Below, one piece after another: positions 1 through 8,253 of a stretch of DNA of 22,574 bases (position 1 is its first letter; the number at the start of each line of letters is the position of its first letter). The notes below the pieces were generated by a model. The model was not told the DNA's origin. It was given only the letters and a program-made list of their open reading frames with translations, and did not search any database. Origin of the DNA: a bacterium (GTDB lineage Bacteria > 4484-113 > JAGGVC01); assembly GCA_021158185.1 (NCBI GenBank), contig JAGGVC010000134.1:1-22574 (forward strand), written 5' to 3'. The translations under genes were made by a program, and so were the position numbers.

Positions 1-461
1 GCGGTTACAACATAGCCGTCTGCTTCAAGCGAAGCAATAACGGGTGCAGCATTAAGCGGCGCAGCGATCGCAAACTCGAATGTCTCCTCCGCAGTCTTCG
101 ACTCTGCGGTTTCGCCCTCGCCGATAGTCTCGGTCACTATAACCGAGCCGGTTGCCGTGCCTTCGGCGTCAAGATGAACATCGATTGCAGCGGTTTCATC
201 ACCACCGGTAACTGTACCCCAAGCGCCGTCAAGGGTCCACGCATAAGTGAGCGTACCCTCTCCGGTGGCGGCAGCCGTTACTGTAACAGTAACGTCATCG
301 CCTACATAGTACGGGGCGGCGGGTGCAATCGTAATGCCCGTAATGGACGGTCCGAGCCAGCCCGCTGCCGTGATAAGTACGCCGTTCTTTGTGGCGCACG
401 ATGCAATAAGCATCAGGACCAAGGTCCACGAGATCGTAAACAAAACAAGATTCCTTCTCAC
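1..461 (-). CDS. Partial lipoprotein (5' end in window, continues past position 1) with Ig-like/T- and V-rich repeat region
   Basis: Minus-strand translation from GTG at 461..459 gives MRRNLVLFTISWTLVLMLIASCATKNG, a signal peptide with lipobox LIAS|C. AAGGAGG sits 7 nt upstream (469-475). The frame is open to the window edge. Downstream sequence is TVTVTAAATGEGTLTYAW..., beta-rich and Ig-like. The tracked ORF 174..497(+) is antisense to this gene and likely spurious. Confidence 0.55.
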   Translation of the reverse strand, partial: MRRNLVLFTISWTLVLMLIASCATKNGVLITAAGWLGPSITGITIAPAAPYYVGDDVTVTVTAAATGEGTLTYAWTLDGAWGTVTGGDETAAIDVHLDAEGTATGSVIVTETIGEGETAESKTAEETFEFAIAAPLNAAPVIASLEADGYVVT

Positions 462-521
462 AACATTTCCTCCTTAAGCAAATGGAAATTCGAATGAAAA
501 CACATTACGCCAGGTTCGGCG

Positions 522-550
522 ATTATAGCCAAACAACAGAGCAAAATCAA
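522..550 (-). promoter_or_regulatory. Sigma70-type promoter TTGATT-17-TATAAT driving the lipoprotein gene
   Basis: Minus strand reads TTGATT (550..545), a 17-nt spacer, then TATAAT (527..522). This lies about 60 nt upstream of the GTG start at 461. Confidence 0.5.
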
Positions 551-925
551 CCGCTTACGGCGGTCTGCATCTTTTCTTCACATCCTCCAATGGCACCCCT
601 CCCTCATGCGGAGTACCGCACAGTAACCACAATATCCCCAAGTGCGGTGATATGGATTGTACCAGAATCAGAACGAACCTTCAACCTCCATACCTCCGGA
701 ACTCAAGGCGGTATTATAAACCCAAAATGCGTGAAATTTCAACCGTCAGTGAAAAAAGCGCGATTATCGATTCGCTTCGAACTCAATCTCAAATTCAAAT
801 AGCATTCAAATTCCGTTGCTGGTGAGGGCTAAGCGCGATTTTCGCATTTATACCGGTTGTCAGTTTCCAGCGTAGAATTTATGAATTTGTACGTTCGCGG
901 AAGCGCGCAACGGTCGCGGAGCTTG

Positions 926-3900
926 TCATTCCTGCAAATCCTCAAGCCTTTCGAGGAATAACATGAGTTTCGGCGCAACTTCAGAATCGAGCTGAACGCC
1001 CAAATCCACAAGATCGTTTTCCTTCAACTCAGCCTTGCGGTCGAGAAGCGTTATCTTCTGAACCCAGGATGGTCGTCCGCTCCTGAATCTGAATCTGAAA
1101 GCATTCTTGTGTCGCATATACTCGACGGAAGAAATTCCGACACTTTCCGCCATCAACTTTATGGCAATAACGGCAAGCAGGTTTTCTACGGCCTCGGGCG
1201 GCTTTCCGAATCTGTCCTCAAGTTCGGAGCGAAAGTCATCAATCTCGGAAAGATTCAGACCTGCGATTCGTCTAAGGAGATCGAGCCTCAAGACCGAGTC
1301 CTCAATGTAATCGGGCGGAATGAATGCTGGAATGGGAACATCCACCACGCAGCCCGCTCTCTCTTCTTCGAATGCATCCAGCAGCGCGCCTTCATCGAAA
1401 TCGTCCAAATCGTCAAGCCCATATGCCCCTTCGCGCACGGCTTCGAACGAGTCGTGCAGGATTTCGAAGTAATAGTCGTAGCCGACATGCGCGGCAATCC
1501 CGCTCTGCTCGGTGCCGAAGATGTTCCCGGCGCCGCGCAGCCTCAGATCGCTCTGAGCGATTTCGTAGCCCGAGCCGAGGTATGCGTAGTTATAGATCGA
1601 GTGAAGCCGCCCCTGTGCATCCGGCGTGAGGCCGCGCTCCGGCTCATGGAAGAAGTACGCATACGCTTGCACATGACTCCGTCCGACGCGCCCTCGCAGC
1701 TGATGCATCTGAGCCAGTCCGAGATTTTCCGCCTTGTCAACGATGAGAGTATTCACATTCGGAATATCAAGCCCGTTTTCGATTATTGTGGTTGCAAGAA
1801 GGATGTGGAATGCGCCGATGGCGAACGTATTCATTATTTCTTCGAGAGCGTCTTCCTTCATCTGTCCGTGAGCGATTGTGATCTTGGCTTCTGGAACGAG
1901 ATGTTCGAGTTCGGCTTTGAAAAGCTCGATGTCCTCGACGCGGTTGTGGAGGAAATAAATCTGTCCGCCGCGCCCTATCTCGCGTAGGACCGCGTCGCGC
2001 GCGATCTGTCTGTCGTATTCACCGACGTATGTCCTGACCGGCTTACGATCTACAGGCGGTGTTTCGATGAGTGACACATCCCGCATTCCGACGAGCGACA
2101 TATGCAGCGTGCGCGGAATCGGCGTCGCAGTCAACGTCAGCGAATCCACGCCGGGAAATTTCATTTTGAGCCTTTCCTTCTGCTTTACACCGAACCGCTG
2201 CTCCTCGTCTATGACGAGAAGCCCGGGGCTTTTTGGCTTTACATCCTTCGAGAAAATCCTGTGCGTTCCGATAAGCACATCCACTTTTCCGGCGTTGAAA
2301 TCGGCAACGATCGCCTTTTGATCCCTGGGCGAAAGGAATCGCGACAGCATTTCAACCCTGAACGGGAATGCAGCGAACCTCCGCCTGAAGGTATGGTAAT
2401 GCTGGTCGGCCAGAATCGTTGTCGGGCACAATACGAGCACCTGCCTGTCGTTCTGACACGTGAGAAACGCTGTACGGAGCGCTATCTCGGTTTTGCCGAA
2501 GCCGACATCACCGCAGATAAGCCTTTCCATCGGGCGCGACGCCTCCATATCCTCGCGCACGGCGTCCCAAGCTTCCCTTTGATCCGGTGTGAGCTCGTAA
2601 GGAAATGCCGCACCGAATTCGTCGAGCCAGCCCTCGCTGTCGCAGTAGCTCATTCCCGACATATCAGCACGTTTTCTGTACAACTTGAACAACCTGAGTG
2701 CGAGCTTGATGGAGTCCTTGCGGATTTTCCGCCGGATCTTCTTCCAAGTGCGGCGTCCGAGGTTGTTCAGCTTCGGCGCATTTCCATCGAATCTGTATCT
2801 GCGAACGCGGTCGAGCTGGTCGACCGGAACGTACAGCTTGTCCTTGCCCTCATACTCGATTTCAACATAGCTTCGCCTGATACCACCGACTTCCTGATCG
2901 GAGAGCGCAACAAATCTACCGACACCATAATCAATGTGTACTACGTAATCACCGATCTTTATCTCGTCAACCGCTTTTATACCGCCCTTCTCGTATCGGC
3001 GCGGCCTCTTTGTAACCGTGTCCTCGATTTCCCCGAAGATCTCCGCGTCGGTTATCAGATGTCCGGCATCAGGGAAGGAAAAGCCCCCGGGCAGGATGGC
3101 CTTGTTAACGGCAGTGCCGGTTATGCCTTCTTCCTTCAGTTTTTCCTGCAAACGATCTGCAAACTGGCTTGTGATCCACACTTCGTTTGCCTGCTCTCCC
3201 ATCGCGGACAGCGTCGCGGTCAGGAATCCAAGTCTGAATTTTGCAGAGCTCGGCGTGCCCAGGCGCAGGTCGGCCGCGGGTACTTCGGAATGAGCGAAGT
3301 CGAAGCTGTTCGTCAGAATAAGCGACAGATCGCCGCCAGAAATCAGGCGATGATTCCTGAAATAATCATAGAGCTTCTCGTCCGGCGCGATGTAGTAATC
3401 ATCGAGCTGTGTGATAGAGAGCGCGCTTTTTCGCCATTCAAGGAATCGCTCCTCCCAAAATCTGAGATACGTCCGCAGTTCCCCTTCGACTAGCGCCTCG
3501 TCGTGAATCAGCAGCGAAGTGCCATTTGGGAAATAATCGAGGAGCGTATAGTCGCCTGAAAAGAGTGGCGAGTAGAATCCTGCGCGGTTGAAGTCGGTCC
3601 CGATTCGAATACGCTCGATGTCTTCCTCTATGACCTCGGAAAGTTTCTTAACCGATGCAGGCAGCCTTGAACCATATTCACCGACGTATTCGTCGAGTCT
3701 TGTTTTTACGAGATCCGCAGCGCGCATCGCGTCCTCGCCGTGCACCGCGCGCGCGCGCGCCGGGAGTATCACTGCTTCGCCTGCACCTTCAAAGCTGCGC
3801 TGGGTTTCCGGGTTAAACCTGCTTATTTCCTCGATCTCATCACCAAAGAAGTCGATCCTTATCGGAGATGCAGCACCCACAGGGAAAACATCCACGAGTC

Positions 3901-4540
3901 CGCCGCGGATCGAAAACTGTGCAGGTGCGAAAACGAGATTCGCGCGCTCGTAGCCGAAATCGGAAAGCCGCTCTGCAAGCTCGATGGTCGATATGCTTGT
4001 TCTGACGCCGAACCTTCCCGTATCCGACGCACCCGCGGCGCACAGCGCGAGCTTTGCATCTCTCACCGTTTCAGGATCGGGCAGCCGTCTGAAGATCGCA
4101 GCGGGCGTTGTGAATATCACGCATACATGTTCCCTGAGCATCAGGTCGAGTGCGAGCCGCCTTTGTGCGGTCGTTTCGATATCAGGGATTGCAAAATCGA
4201 ATATGTTTGAGGGCTCGAAATCGGGATAAAGGAGGAAATCATCGTCGCGCTCGTACTTATCCGTAAGAAGACGCCATGCCGTAATAACATGTGCGCGCGT
4301 ACTCTCGGCCTGCCTCCCGGATTCGCACAAAACGATCAGCGGGCGCGTTTTCGCGCGCGCGAACATATACGCGATAAGGAAATGTCGCGCGGATCCGCGC
4401 ACGTTTGCAGCCTGGAAAATACCCGCGCGCGTCTCCCGCGCCGCAAGCGTATCTTCAAAAAGGTTCCTCAGTCTGATAGCGAGACTATGCATCAGCCGTA
4501 ACATTACCTCACGCGTTTTTATTAAACAAGTATTTCGCAA
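926..4540 (-). CDS. mfd: Transcription-repair coupling factor Mfd
   Basis: The 1204-aa ORF has Walker A GDVGFGKT and a DEEQ box (LLVIDEEQRFGV), the superfamily-2 helicase core typical of Mfd/RecG. It also has an N-terminal UvrB-homology region and a C-terminal TRG-like region. The tracked start is TTG at 4540 with AAGGCGG upstream. Alternative ATG starts at MLRL/MHSL have poor SD spacing, so the start is uncertain. Stop is TGA at 926-928. Confidence 0.9.
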   Translation of the reverse strand: MRNTCLIKTREVMLRLMHSLAIRLRNLFEDTLAARETRAGIFQAANVRGSARHFLIAYMFARAKTRPLIVLCESGRQAESTRAHVITAWRLLTDKYERDDDFLLYPDFEPSNIFDFAIPDIETTAQRRLALDLMLREHVCVIFTTPAAIFRRLPDPETVRDAKLALCAAGASDTGRFGVRTSISTIELAERLSDFGYERANLVFAPAQFSIRGGLVDVFPVGAASPIRIDFFGDEIEEISRFNPETQRSFEGAGEAVILPARARAVHGEDAMRAADLVKTRLDEYVGEYGSRLPASVKKLSEVIEEDIERIRIGTDFNRAGFYSPLFSGDYTLLDYFPNGTSLLIHDEALVEGELRTYLRFWEERFLEWRKSALSITQLDDYYIAPDEKLYDYFRNHRLISGGDLSLILTNSFDFAHSEVPAADLRLGTPSSAKFRLGFLTATLSAMGEQANEVWITSQFADRLQEKLKEEGITGTAVNKAILPGGFSFPDAGHLITDAEIFGEIEDTVTKRPRRYEKGGIKAVDEIKIGDYVVHIDYGVGRFVALSDQEVGGIRRSYVEIEYEGKDKLYVPVDQLDRVRRYRFDGNAPKLNNLGRRTWKKIRRKIRKDSIKLALRLFKLYRKRADMSGMSYCDSEGWLDEFGAAFPYELTPDQREAWDAVREDMEASRPMERLICGDVGFGKTEIALRTAFLTCQNDRQVLVLCPTTILADQHYHTFRRRFAAFPFRVEMLSRFLSPRDQKAIVADFNAGKVDVLIGTHRIFSKDVKPKSPGLLVIDEEQRFGVKQKERLKMKFPGVDSLTLTATPIPRTLHMSLVGMRDVSLIETPPVDRKPVRTYVGEYDRQIARDAVLREIGRGGQIYFLHNRVEDIELFKAELEHLVPEAKITIAHGQMKEDALEEIMNTFAIGAFHILLATTIIENGLDIPNVNTLIVDKAENLGLAQMHQLRGRVGRSHVQAYAYFFHEPERGLTPDAQGRLHSIYNYAYLGSGYEIAQSDLRLRGAGNIFGTEQSGIAAHVGYDYYFEILHDSFEAVREGAYGLDDLDDFDEGALLDAFEEERAGCVVDVPIPAFIPPDYIEDSVLRLDLLRRIAGLNLSEIDDFRSELEDRFGKPPEAVENLLAVIAIKLMAESVGISSVEYMRHKNAFRFRFRSGRPSWVQKITLLDRKAELKENDLVDLGVQLDSEVAPKLMLFLERLEDLQE

Positions 4541-4627
4541 GCAGTCGTCCGCCTTGATCGTACAGCAACATCGCGTCTGCGTTGCGGTATCGGTATTGCG
4601 GGCACAAGGCGACTGCTTTCGGCTCAG

Positions 4628-4636
4628 TGCTATAAT
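4628..4636 (+). promoter_or_regulatory. Extended -10 promoter element (TGcTATAAT) for the DUF502 gene
   Basis: ggctcagTGcTATAAT at 4621-4636 lies about 95 nt upstream of ATG 4732. No good -35 is present. A near-identical 15-nt motif recurs upstream of glyA. Confidence 0.35.
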
Positions 4637-4731
4637 CCCGAATCCTGATGGGTTTTTGATCTTTCTCGATCATTTCCCAGATCATCCATCAGCTGATCGA
4701 ACATAAGCAGACATGGTTTCGAGGTGTGAAA

Positions 4732-5463
4732 ATGAAAGGCATATTAAAAAAGGTTACAACCTGGTTCATAAGCGGACTAATTACGATTCTGCCGCTCGCT
4801 CTCACGATCGGGCTTCTCGGATGGATATACACCAAAATAGTTTCGCTTTTCGGAAAGGACTCTGCGATAGGACGCATTCTCGTAAGGACAGCAGAAACTC
4901 ATAACCTTCCGTCCAGTCTGACGATCATATGCGTGTACCTGGCCATAATCGTTCTCATTATTCTTATAGGGGCGTTTGTCCATATTCGCGCGAGGAACCG
5001 CGTTTCCGAATGGATCAAGGGCCTGGTGAACCGCTTTCCTGTTATTAACAGCATCTACAATTCCGCAGAACAGGTAGTAGGCATTTTCGGTAAGACGCCC
5101 GGCGCTGAAGGACAAGGGGATGATCCCGCGCACGGAAGCAACATTGTACTTGTGCGGTTTGCAAACACGCTTATCCTGGGAATGCTGCCCTCGCAGGACG
5201 CTGTAGACATCGGCGGTGTGCCACACTACATGGTCTATTTCCCGTCGACCCCGGTGCCGATGAGCGGCTTCAACTACCTCGTTCCCGCGGACAGCGTCTT
5301 TATGACCGAGCTTAAGTTCGACGATCTCACAAAGGTGCTCGTATCGCTCGGAGCACTCGCGCCGCAGACACTCGGCGGAGCAATCGAACTCAAACCGGCA
5401 TTCAGCCCCGGCAACGCATCCGCCGACCCCGCCGCAATCGAACCCGATGGCGAACAACCGTAG
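4732..5463 (+). CDS. DUF502 (COG2928) family membrane protein
   Basis: ATG at 4732 with GAGG 7 nt upstream. The tracked ORF starts at an in-frame GTG at 4726. It has two N-terminal TM helices (FISGLITILPLALTIGLLGWIY; LAIIVLIILIGAF). Conserved DUF502-like blocks are VLVRFANTLILGMLPS and FPSTPVPMSGFNYLVP. It is transcribed divergently from mfd. Confidence 0.75.
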   Translation: MKGILKKVTTWFISGLITILPLALTIGLLGWIYTKIVSLFGKDSAIGRILVRTAETHNLPSSLTIICVYLAIIVLIILIGAFVHIRARNRVSEWIKGLVNRFPVINSIYNSAEQVVGIFGKTPGAEGQGDDPAHGSNIVLVRFANTLILGMLPSQDAVDIGGVPHYMVYFPSTPVPMSGFNYLVPADSVFMTELKFDDLTKVLVSLGALAPQTLGGAIELKPAFSPGNASADPAAIEPDGEQP

Positions 5464-5586
5464 GGCAGCAGGTTTCTTTCTCGCCATTCAATGAATAATG
5501 GATGAAGGCGAAAAGCGGTATAGGCACGTTCATCGCAAACCGCTGATCACTTCATGTAGCAGGCCACACGTATGCGCAGTCATTTC

Positions 5587-5602
5587 CGCGCGTATACGCG
5601 CG
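5587..5602. promoter_or_regulatory. Perfect 16-bp palindrome CGCGCGTATACGCGCG followed by direct repeats GCGCAAT x2
   Basis: The palindrome is read directly at 5587-5602. GCGCAAT occurs at 5601-5607 and again at 5618-5624, spanning an A7 run. It lies about 75 nt upstream of the -35 at 5677. This is a candidate regulator-binding site, not a terminator, because no T-run follows on either strand. Confidence 0.3.
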
Positions 5603-5676
5603 CAATCGCGAAAAAAACGCGCAATTTCAGCAGGAAGGTGAAACGAAAGAATTTTTAAGATTCCTGCTAAAAACAC

Positions 5677-5705
5677 TTGACAAAGCCAAACTCATAGGTT
5701 ATTAT
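5677..5705 (+). promoter_or_regulatory. Consensus sigma70 promoter TTGACA-17-TATTAT
   Basis: TTGACA at 5677-5682, an exact 17-nt spacer, then TATTAT at 5700-5705. It sits in an AT-rich intergenic stretch and is the only plausible driver of the 5.8-8.1 kb plus-strand cluster. Confidence 0.6.
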
Positions 5706-5725
5706 TGTTCTAGCTTACTAGAACA
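5706..5725. promoter_or_regulatory. Operator-like inverted repeat TGTTCTAG-n4-CTAGAACA overlapping the transcription start
   Basis: Perfect 8-bp arms at 5706-5713 and 5718-5725 with a 4-nt spacer, immediately 3' of the -10 hexamer. This placement is typical of a repressor operator. A GntR-family regulator is encoded in the downstream cluster. Confidence 0.4.
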
Positions 5726-5787
5726 CCAGTGTTTCTTTGAAATCCTTGTGGACTGGTAGCTGAGATCAGGGAAGGCTGTAAGTGAAA

Positions 5788-6003
5788 ATGGAATTTTTAA
5801 GTGTCAGGGGTCTTCTGAATAGGCTGTTTCTTATTCGAGCATCAAAGCCTAGCGATGAAGGAAAATCCCAAGCAGCGATTGGGACTTGTTCATTATCAGC
5901 CGGGATGGACGATTCAGGAAATGGCGATTCCGCAGGCAACAAGCTTTACGGAGCTGTTAGGGCAGGATCTGAGCATGAGTTGTTTGGTTTAGATGTTTTG
6001 TGA
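5788..6003 (+). CDS. Hypothetical small protein (71 aa) in the promoter-proximal leader
   Basis: ORF MEFLSVRGLLNRLFLIRASKPSDEGK... The tracked version starts at GTG 5782. SD is weak and there are no recognisable motifs. It is listed only because the cluster is compact and co-directional. Confidence 0.15.
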   Translation: MEFLSVRGLLNRLFLIRASKPSDEGKSQAAIGTCSLSAGMDDSGNGDSAGNKLYGAVRAGSEHELFGLDVL

Positions 6004-6041
6004 AATGACTCAGAAGTTTTGGTCATCGCACTGGAGGAAAA

Positions 6042-6224
6042 ATGCTTGCCAAAGTTTATGTTGTTCTTATTGGCGTATACTCGGTTCTGCTACTATCACG
6101 AGCCATCGAGGTTGCAGCTGGGCTAATTTACAGCCACGGCGTGACGCTTCAGAAGGCCGTGAGCTTTCTCGTAGAGTGTTACGAGCTTTCGATCGATTTC
6201 GGTGTGAAGCTGTGGTCGATCTGA
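6042..6224 (+). CDS. Hypothetical 60-aa single-pass membrane protein
   Basis: ATG 6042 is preceded by GGAGG (6033-6037). It has an N-terminal hydrophobic helix VYVVLIGVYSVLLLS. It is mutually exclusive with the R-rich tracked ORF 5993..6298, which looks like compositional noise. Confidence 0.3.
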   Translation: MLAKVYVVLIGVYSVLLLSRAIEVAAGLIYSHGVTLQKAVSFLVECYELSIDFGVKLWSI

Positions 6225-6294
6225 GATGCGGATGTCGGATGGATTATTCCGATGCAGGCGCTATTAAGGCTTATAAGAAGCGAAGGAGGTTGCC

Positions 6295-6453
6295 ATGAAA
6301 AGATGGGAATATGTGAGGATCCAGACGGATGCGCACAAAATCAAGAGTATCGATGACACCGTCGATCAACTTGGCAGAGACGGCTGGGAGCTTGCGGGCG
6401 TTATCTACACGCAGTCCTTTGTTCATATGTGGTTTAAGCGTCAGATGAGATAG
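6295..6453 (+). CDS. DUF4177-family small protein (52 aa), not in the ORF track (<60 aa)
   Basis: ATG 6295 with strong GAAGGAGG at 6280-6287. Translation is MKRWEYVRIQTDAHKIKSIDDTVDQLGRDGWELAGVIYTQSFVHMWFKRQMR. The MKxWEY...GxxGWEL motif and the ~50-aa size match DUF4177. It ends at TAG 6451-6453, 23 nt before the GntR start. Confidence 0.65.
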   Translation: MKRWEYVRIQTDAHKIKSIDDTVDQLGRDGWELAGVIYTQSFVHMWFKRQMR

Positions 6454-6476
6454 CGGAAGATCTGGGAGGATTTCAG

Positions 6477-6857
6477 ATGACTGAGTTTCGAATGAGCGTC
6501 GATTTCGAAAGCGAAGTGCCGATTTACGTGCAGGTGAAGAACCGAATCCGCATGTTGATCGACCAGGGCGAGCTTAAGCCGGGAACGCAGCTTCCCACGG
6601 TGCGTGATCTAGCCGTAGAGCTTGAGATAAACCCGAACACAGTGAGCCGGATCTACGCCGACCTCGAGCGCGAGGGCTACCTTTTCAGGCGTCGGGGAAT
6701 CGGCACGTTCGCGGTAGATCCGCGTAAAGTGGAAAAGAGTGAGCCGCCGGGGAAGGCACAGCTCGTGGAGACGCTCCGTCAGCTCCGTGCACTCGGCTAC
6801 AGCTCTCGCCAGATACTCGAAATGACTGCGGAGGTTTTGCGGGAGGTAAAGGTATGA
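6477..6857 (+). CDS. GntR-family transcriptional regulator, short YtrA-like subfamily (126 aa)
   Basis: N-terminal winged HTH of GntR type (LPTVRDLAVELEINPNTVSRIYADLEREGYLFRRRGIGTFAV). The short C-terminal region is typical of the YtrA subfamily. RBS GGGAGG is upstream of ATG 6477. Confidence 0.85.
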   Translation: MTEFRMSVDFESEVPIYVQVKNRIRMLIDQGELKPGTQLPTVRDLAVELEINPNTVSRIYADLEREGYLFRRRGIGTFAVDPRKVEKSEPPGKAQLVETLRQLRALGYSSRQILEMTAEVLREVKV

Positions 6858-6943
6858 TCGGTGCCTTGGCTTTCGTAGAATTTGCAGCGATGCATTTGTA
6901 CGAGGACGAGATGACATTGGCGTTTTCATTGCTGTTCTTGTAG
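6854..6943 (+). CDS. Candidate 29-aa hydrophobic micro-protein, start overlapping the GntR stop (ATGA)
   Basis: ATG 6854-6856 overlaps TGA 6855-6857 of the GntR gene. It encodes MIGALAFVEFAAMHLYEDEMTLAFSLLFL. This is plausible translational coupling, but the ORF is too short to be sure. Confidence 0.2.
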   Translation: MIGALAFVEFAAMHLYEDEMTLAFSLLFL

Positions 6944-7071
6944 AAGTGTTTACTGTTCTGATTGCAGTTGCAGCCAAGGCGGGACGTCTTTCGGACCGCA
7001 AGGGCTTGATAGGGAGTAAATCCCGATTGTTTAGTGTTTGTAGATACGGAAGAACTCAAAAGGAGAAGGAA

Positions 7072-8076
7072 ATGCCAGTTATGCCTATTGTTACAAGTGG
7101 AAGTCGTAGAATTGGTGCCGCGCAGCAGGAAGTCCATATGCACCCGTTTACTGTTTTGTGGGGTGTGGTGCCGAGCATAATCGCGGCAGTTTTCTTTGTT
7201 CTCGGCGTCATCAAGCTCGATGTTGGTGAATATGTCCTCGGTTTTACATACCTCGTAATTTTCCTTGTGTTTCTCGGCCTGGGGCTGATCATATTCAACT
7301 GCCTTAAGGTCGCGGATCAGTGGGACAGGGTGATTACTCTGCGCTATGGTAGGTTCAAGGCGGTTCAGCAGCCAGGTATTTTTTGGCTCACGCCGTTCGT
7401 GGACACGATTGCTAAATGGATCGATACGCGCGTGATGACAGCAGACCTGCTCGCCGAGGAAACGCTTACGAAGGATACCGTTCCGGTTGACGTGGATGCG
7501 GTTATGTTCTGGCTGGTGTACGACGCAAAGAAGGCAGCGCTTGAGGTTGAGAATTTCGAGAATGCGGTTACCTGGGCCGCCCAGACAGCATTGCGAGACC
7601 TGATCGGAAAGACCGAGCTTGCGGATCTTCTGGTGGGGCGCGAGGAGCTGGACGCAAAGCTCCAGGAGATTATCGACGAACGTACCGAGCCGTGGGGCGT
7701 AAGCGTGAGGAGCGTCGAGATCCGCGAGATCAAGATCCCTAAGGATCTACAGGATACTATGAGCCGTCAGGCGCAAGCTGAGCGCGAGAGGCAGGCTCGT
7801 GTGATCCTCGGCGAGAGTGAAAAACAGATTGCAGCTAGCTTTGCTGAGGCAGCCAAGGAGTACGTAAACAATCCGACAGCACTGCACCTTCGTGCGATGA
7901 ACATGCTCTTTGAAGGGTTAAAGGAAAAGGGCAGTCTTATGATCGTGCCTTCGAGCGCCATAGACAGCATGAACCTCGGTGGAATGGTGGGACTCGCTGC
8001 GGGCGGCGGAGTGCTGGAGCAGATCACGCAGCACCAAGGTGAAAAGACGGAAGGTAAGAGCGACAGCGTTGTATAG
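7072..8076 (+). CDS. SPFH/band-7 (stomatin/prohibitin/HflKC-like) membrane protein
   Basis: ATG 7072 with AAAGGAGAAGG immediately upstream. The tracked ORF begins at an in-frame GTG at 6946 with no RBS. It has two N-terminal TM helices followed by an SPFH domain (ITLRYGRFKAVQQPGIFWLTPFVDTI...VDVDAVMFWLV...) and a coiled-coil segment QAQAERERQARVILGESEKQIA. Confidence 0.8.
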   Translation: MPVMPIVTSGSRRIGAAQQEVHMHPFTVLWGVVPSIIAAVFFVLGVIKLDVGEYVLGFTYLVIFLVFLGLGLIIFNCLKVADQWDRVITLRYGRFKAVQQPGIFWLTPFVDTIAKWIDTRVMTADLLAEETLTKDTVPVDVDAVMFWLVYDAKKAALEVENFENAVTWAAQTALRDLIGKTELADLLVGREELDAKLQEIIDERTEPWGVSVRSVEIREIKIPKDLQDTMSRQAQAERERQARVILGESEKQIAASFAEAAKEYVNNPTALHLRAMNMLFEGLKEKGSLMIVPSSAIDSMNLGGMVGLAAGGGVLEQITQHQGEKTEGKSDSVV

Positions 8077-8253
8077 CCGGGCTGATCTTGAAAGAAATCG
8101 GCCCCAAATGGTAGATTCGGATCGCGGCTGATCAAGGCAAAATGACTTTGGTCAGCCGCGTGTGCATATCGAATCAGGTAGACGGCGCAAAAATCCTGTT
8201 CGACATAAAAGTTCTAAACAAAGAATGATGTTGTCGTGATATAAATATGTGGC

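Noticed and set aside
174-802. Plus-strand ORFs 174..497 and 482..802 at the window start
   Set aside because: The first is antisense to a lipoprotein gene that has a clear signal peptide, lipobox and strong RBS on the minus strand. The second lies in that gene's promoter region and has no RBS.
1107-4229. Numerous plus-strand ORFs inside the mfd region (for example 1109..1987 at 292 aa, 2102..3493 at 463 aa, 3740..4210)
   Set aside because: They are antisense to a long conserved helicase gene in GC-rich DNA. They give R/A-rich low-complexity translations with no RBS or recognisable motifs.
5726-6294. A riboswitch or T-box in the long leader downstream of the 5677 promoter
   Set aside because: I read the region for conserved riboswitch cores (T-box specifier/AGGGUGG, SAM, TPP, glycine, cobalamin, c-di-GMP). 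I found none. Small-ORF content seems the better explanation, but a covariance-model scan is still warranted.
8082-8160. Repeated GGCTGATC (8082-8089, 8126-8133) and an 8-bp stem GCGGCTGA/TCAGCCGC (8124-8159) after the SPFH gene
   Set aside because: The loop is long at 20 nt and no U-run follows, so it is not a convincing intrinsic terminator or repeat family from this window alone.
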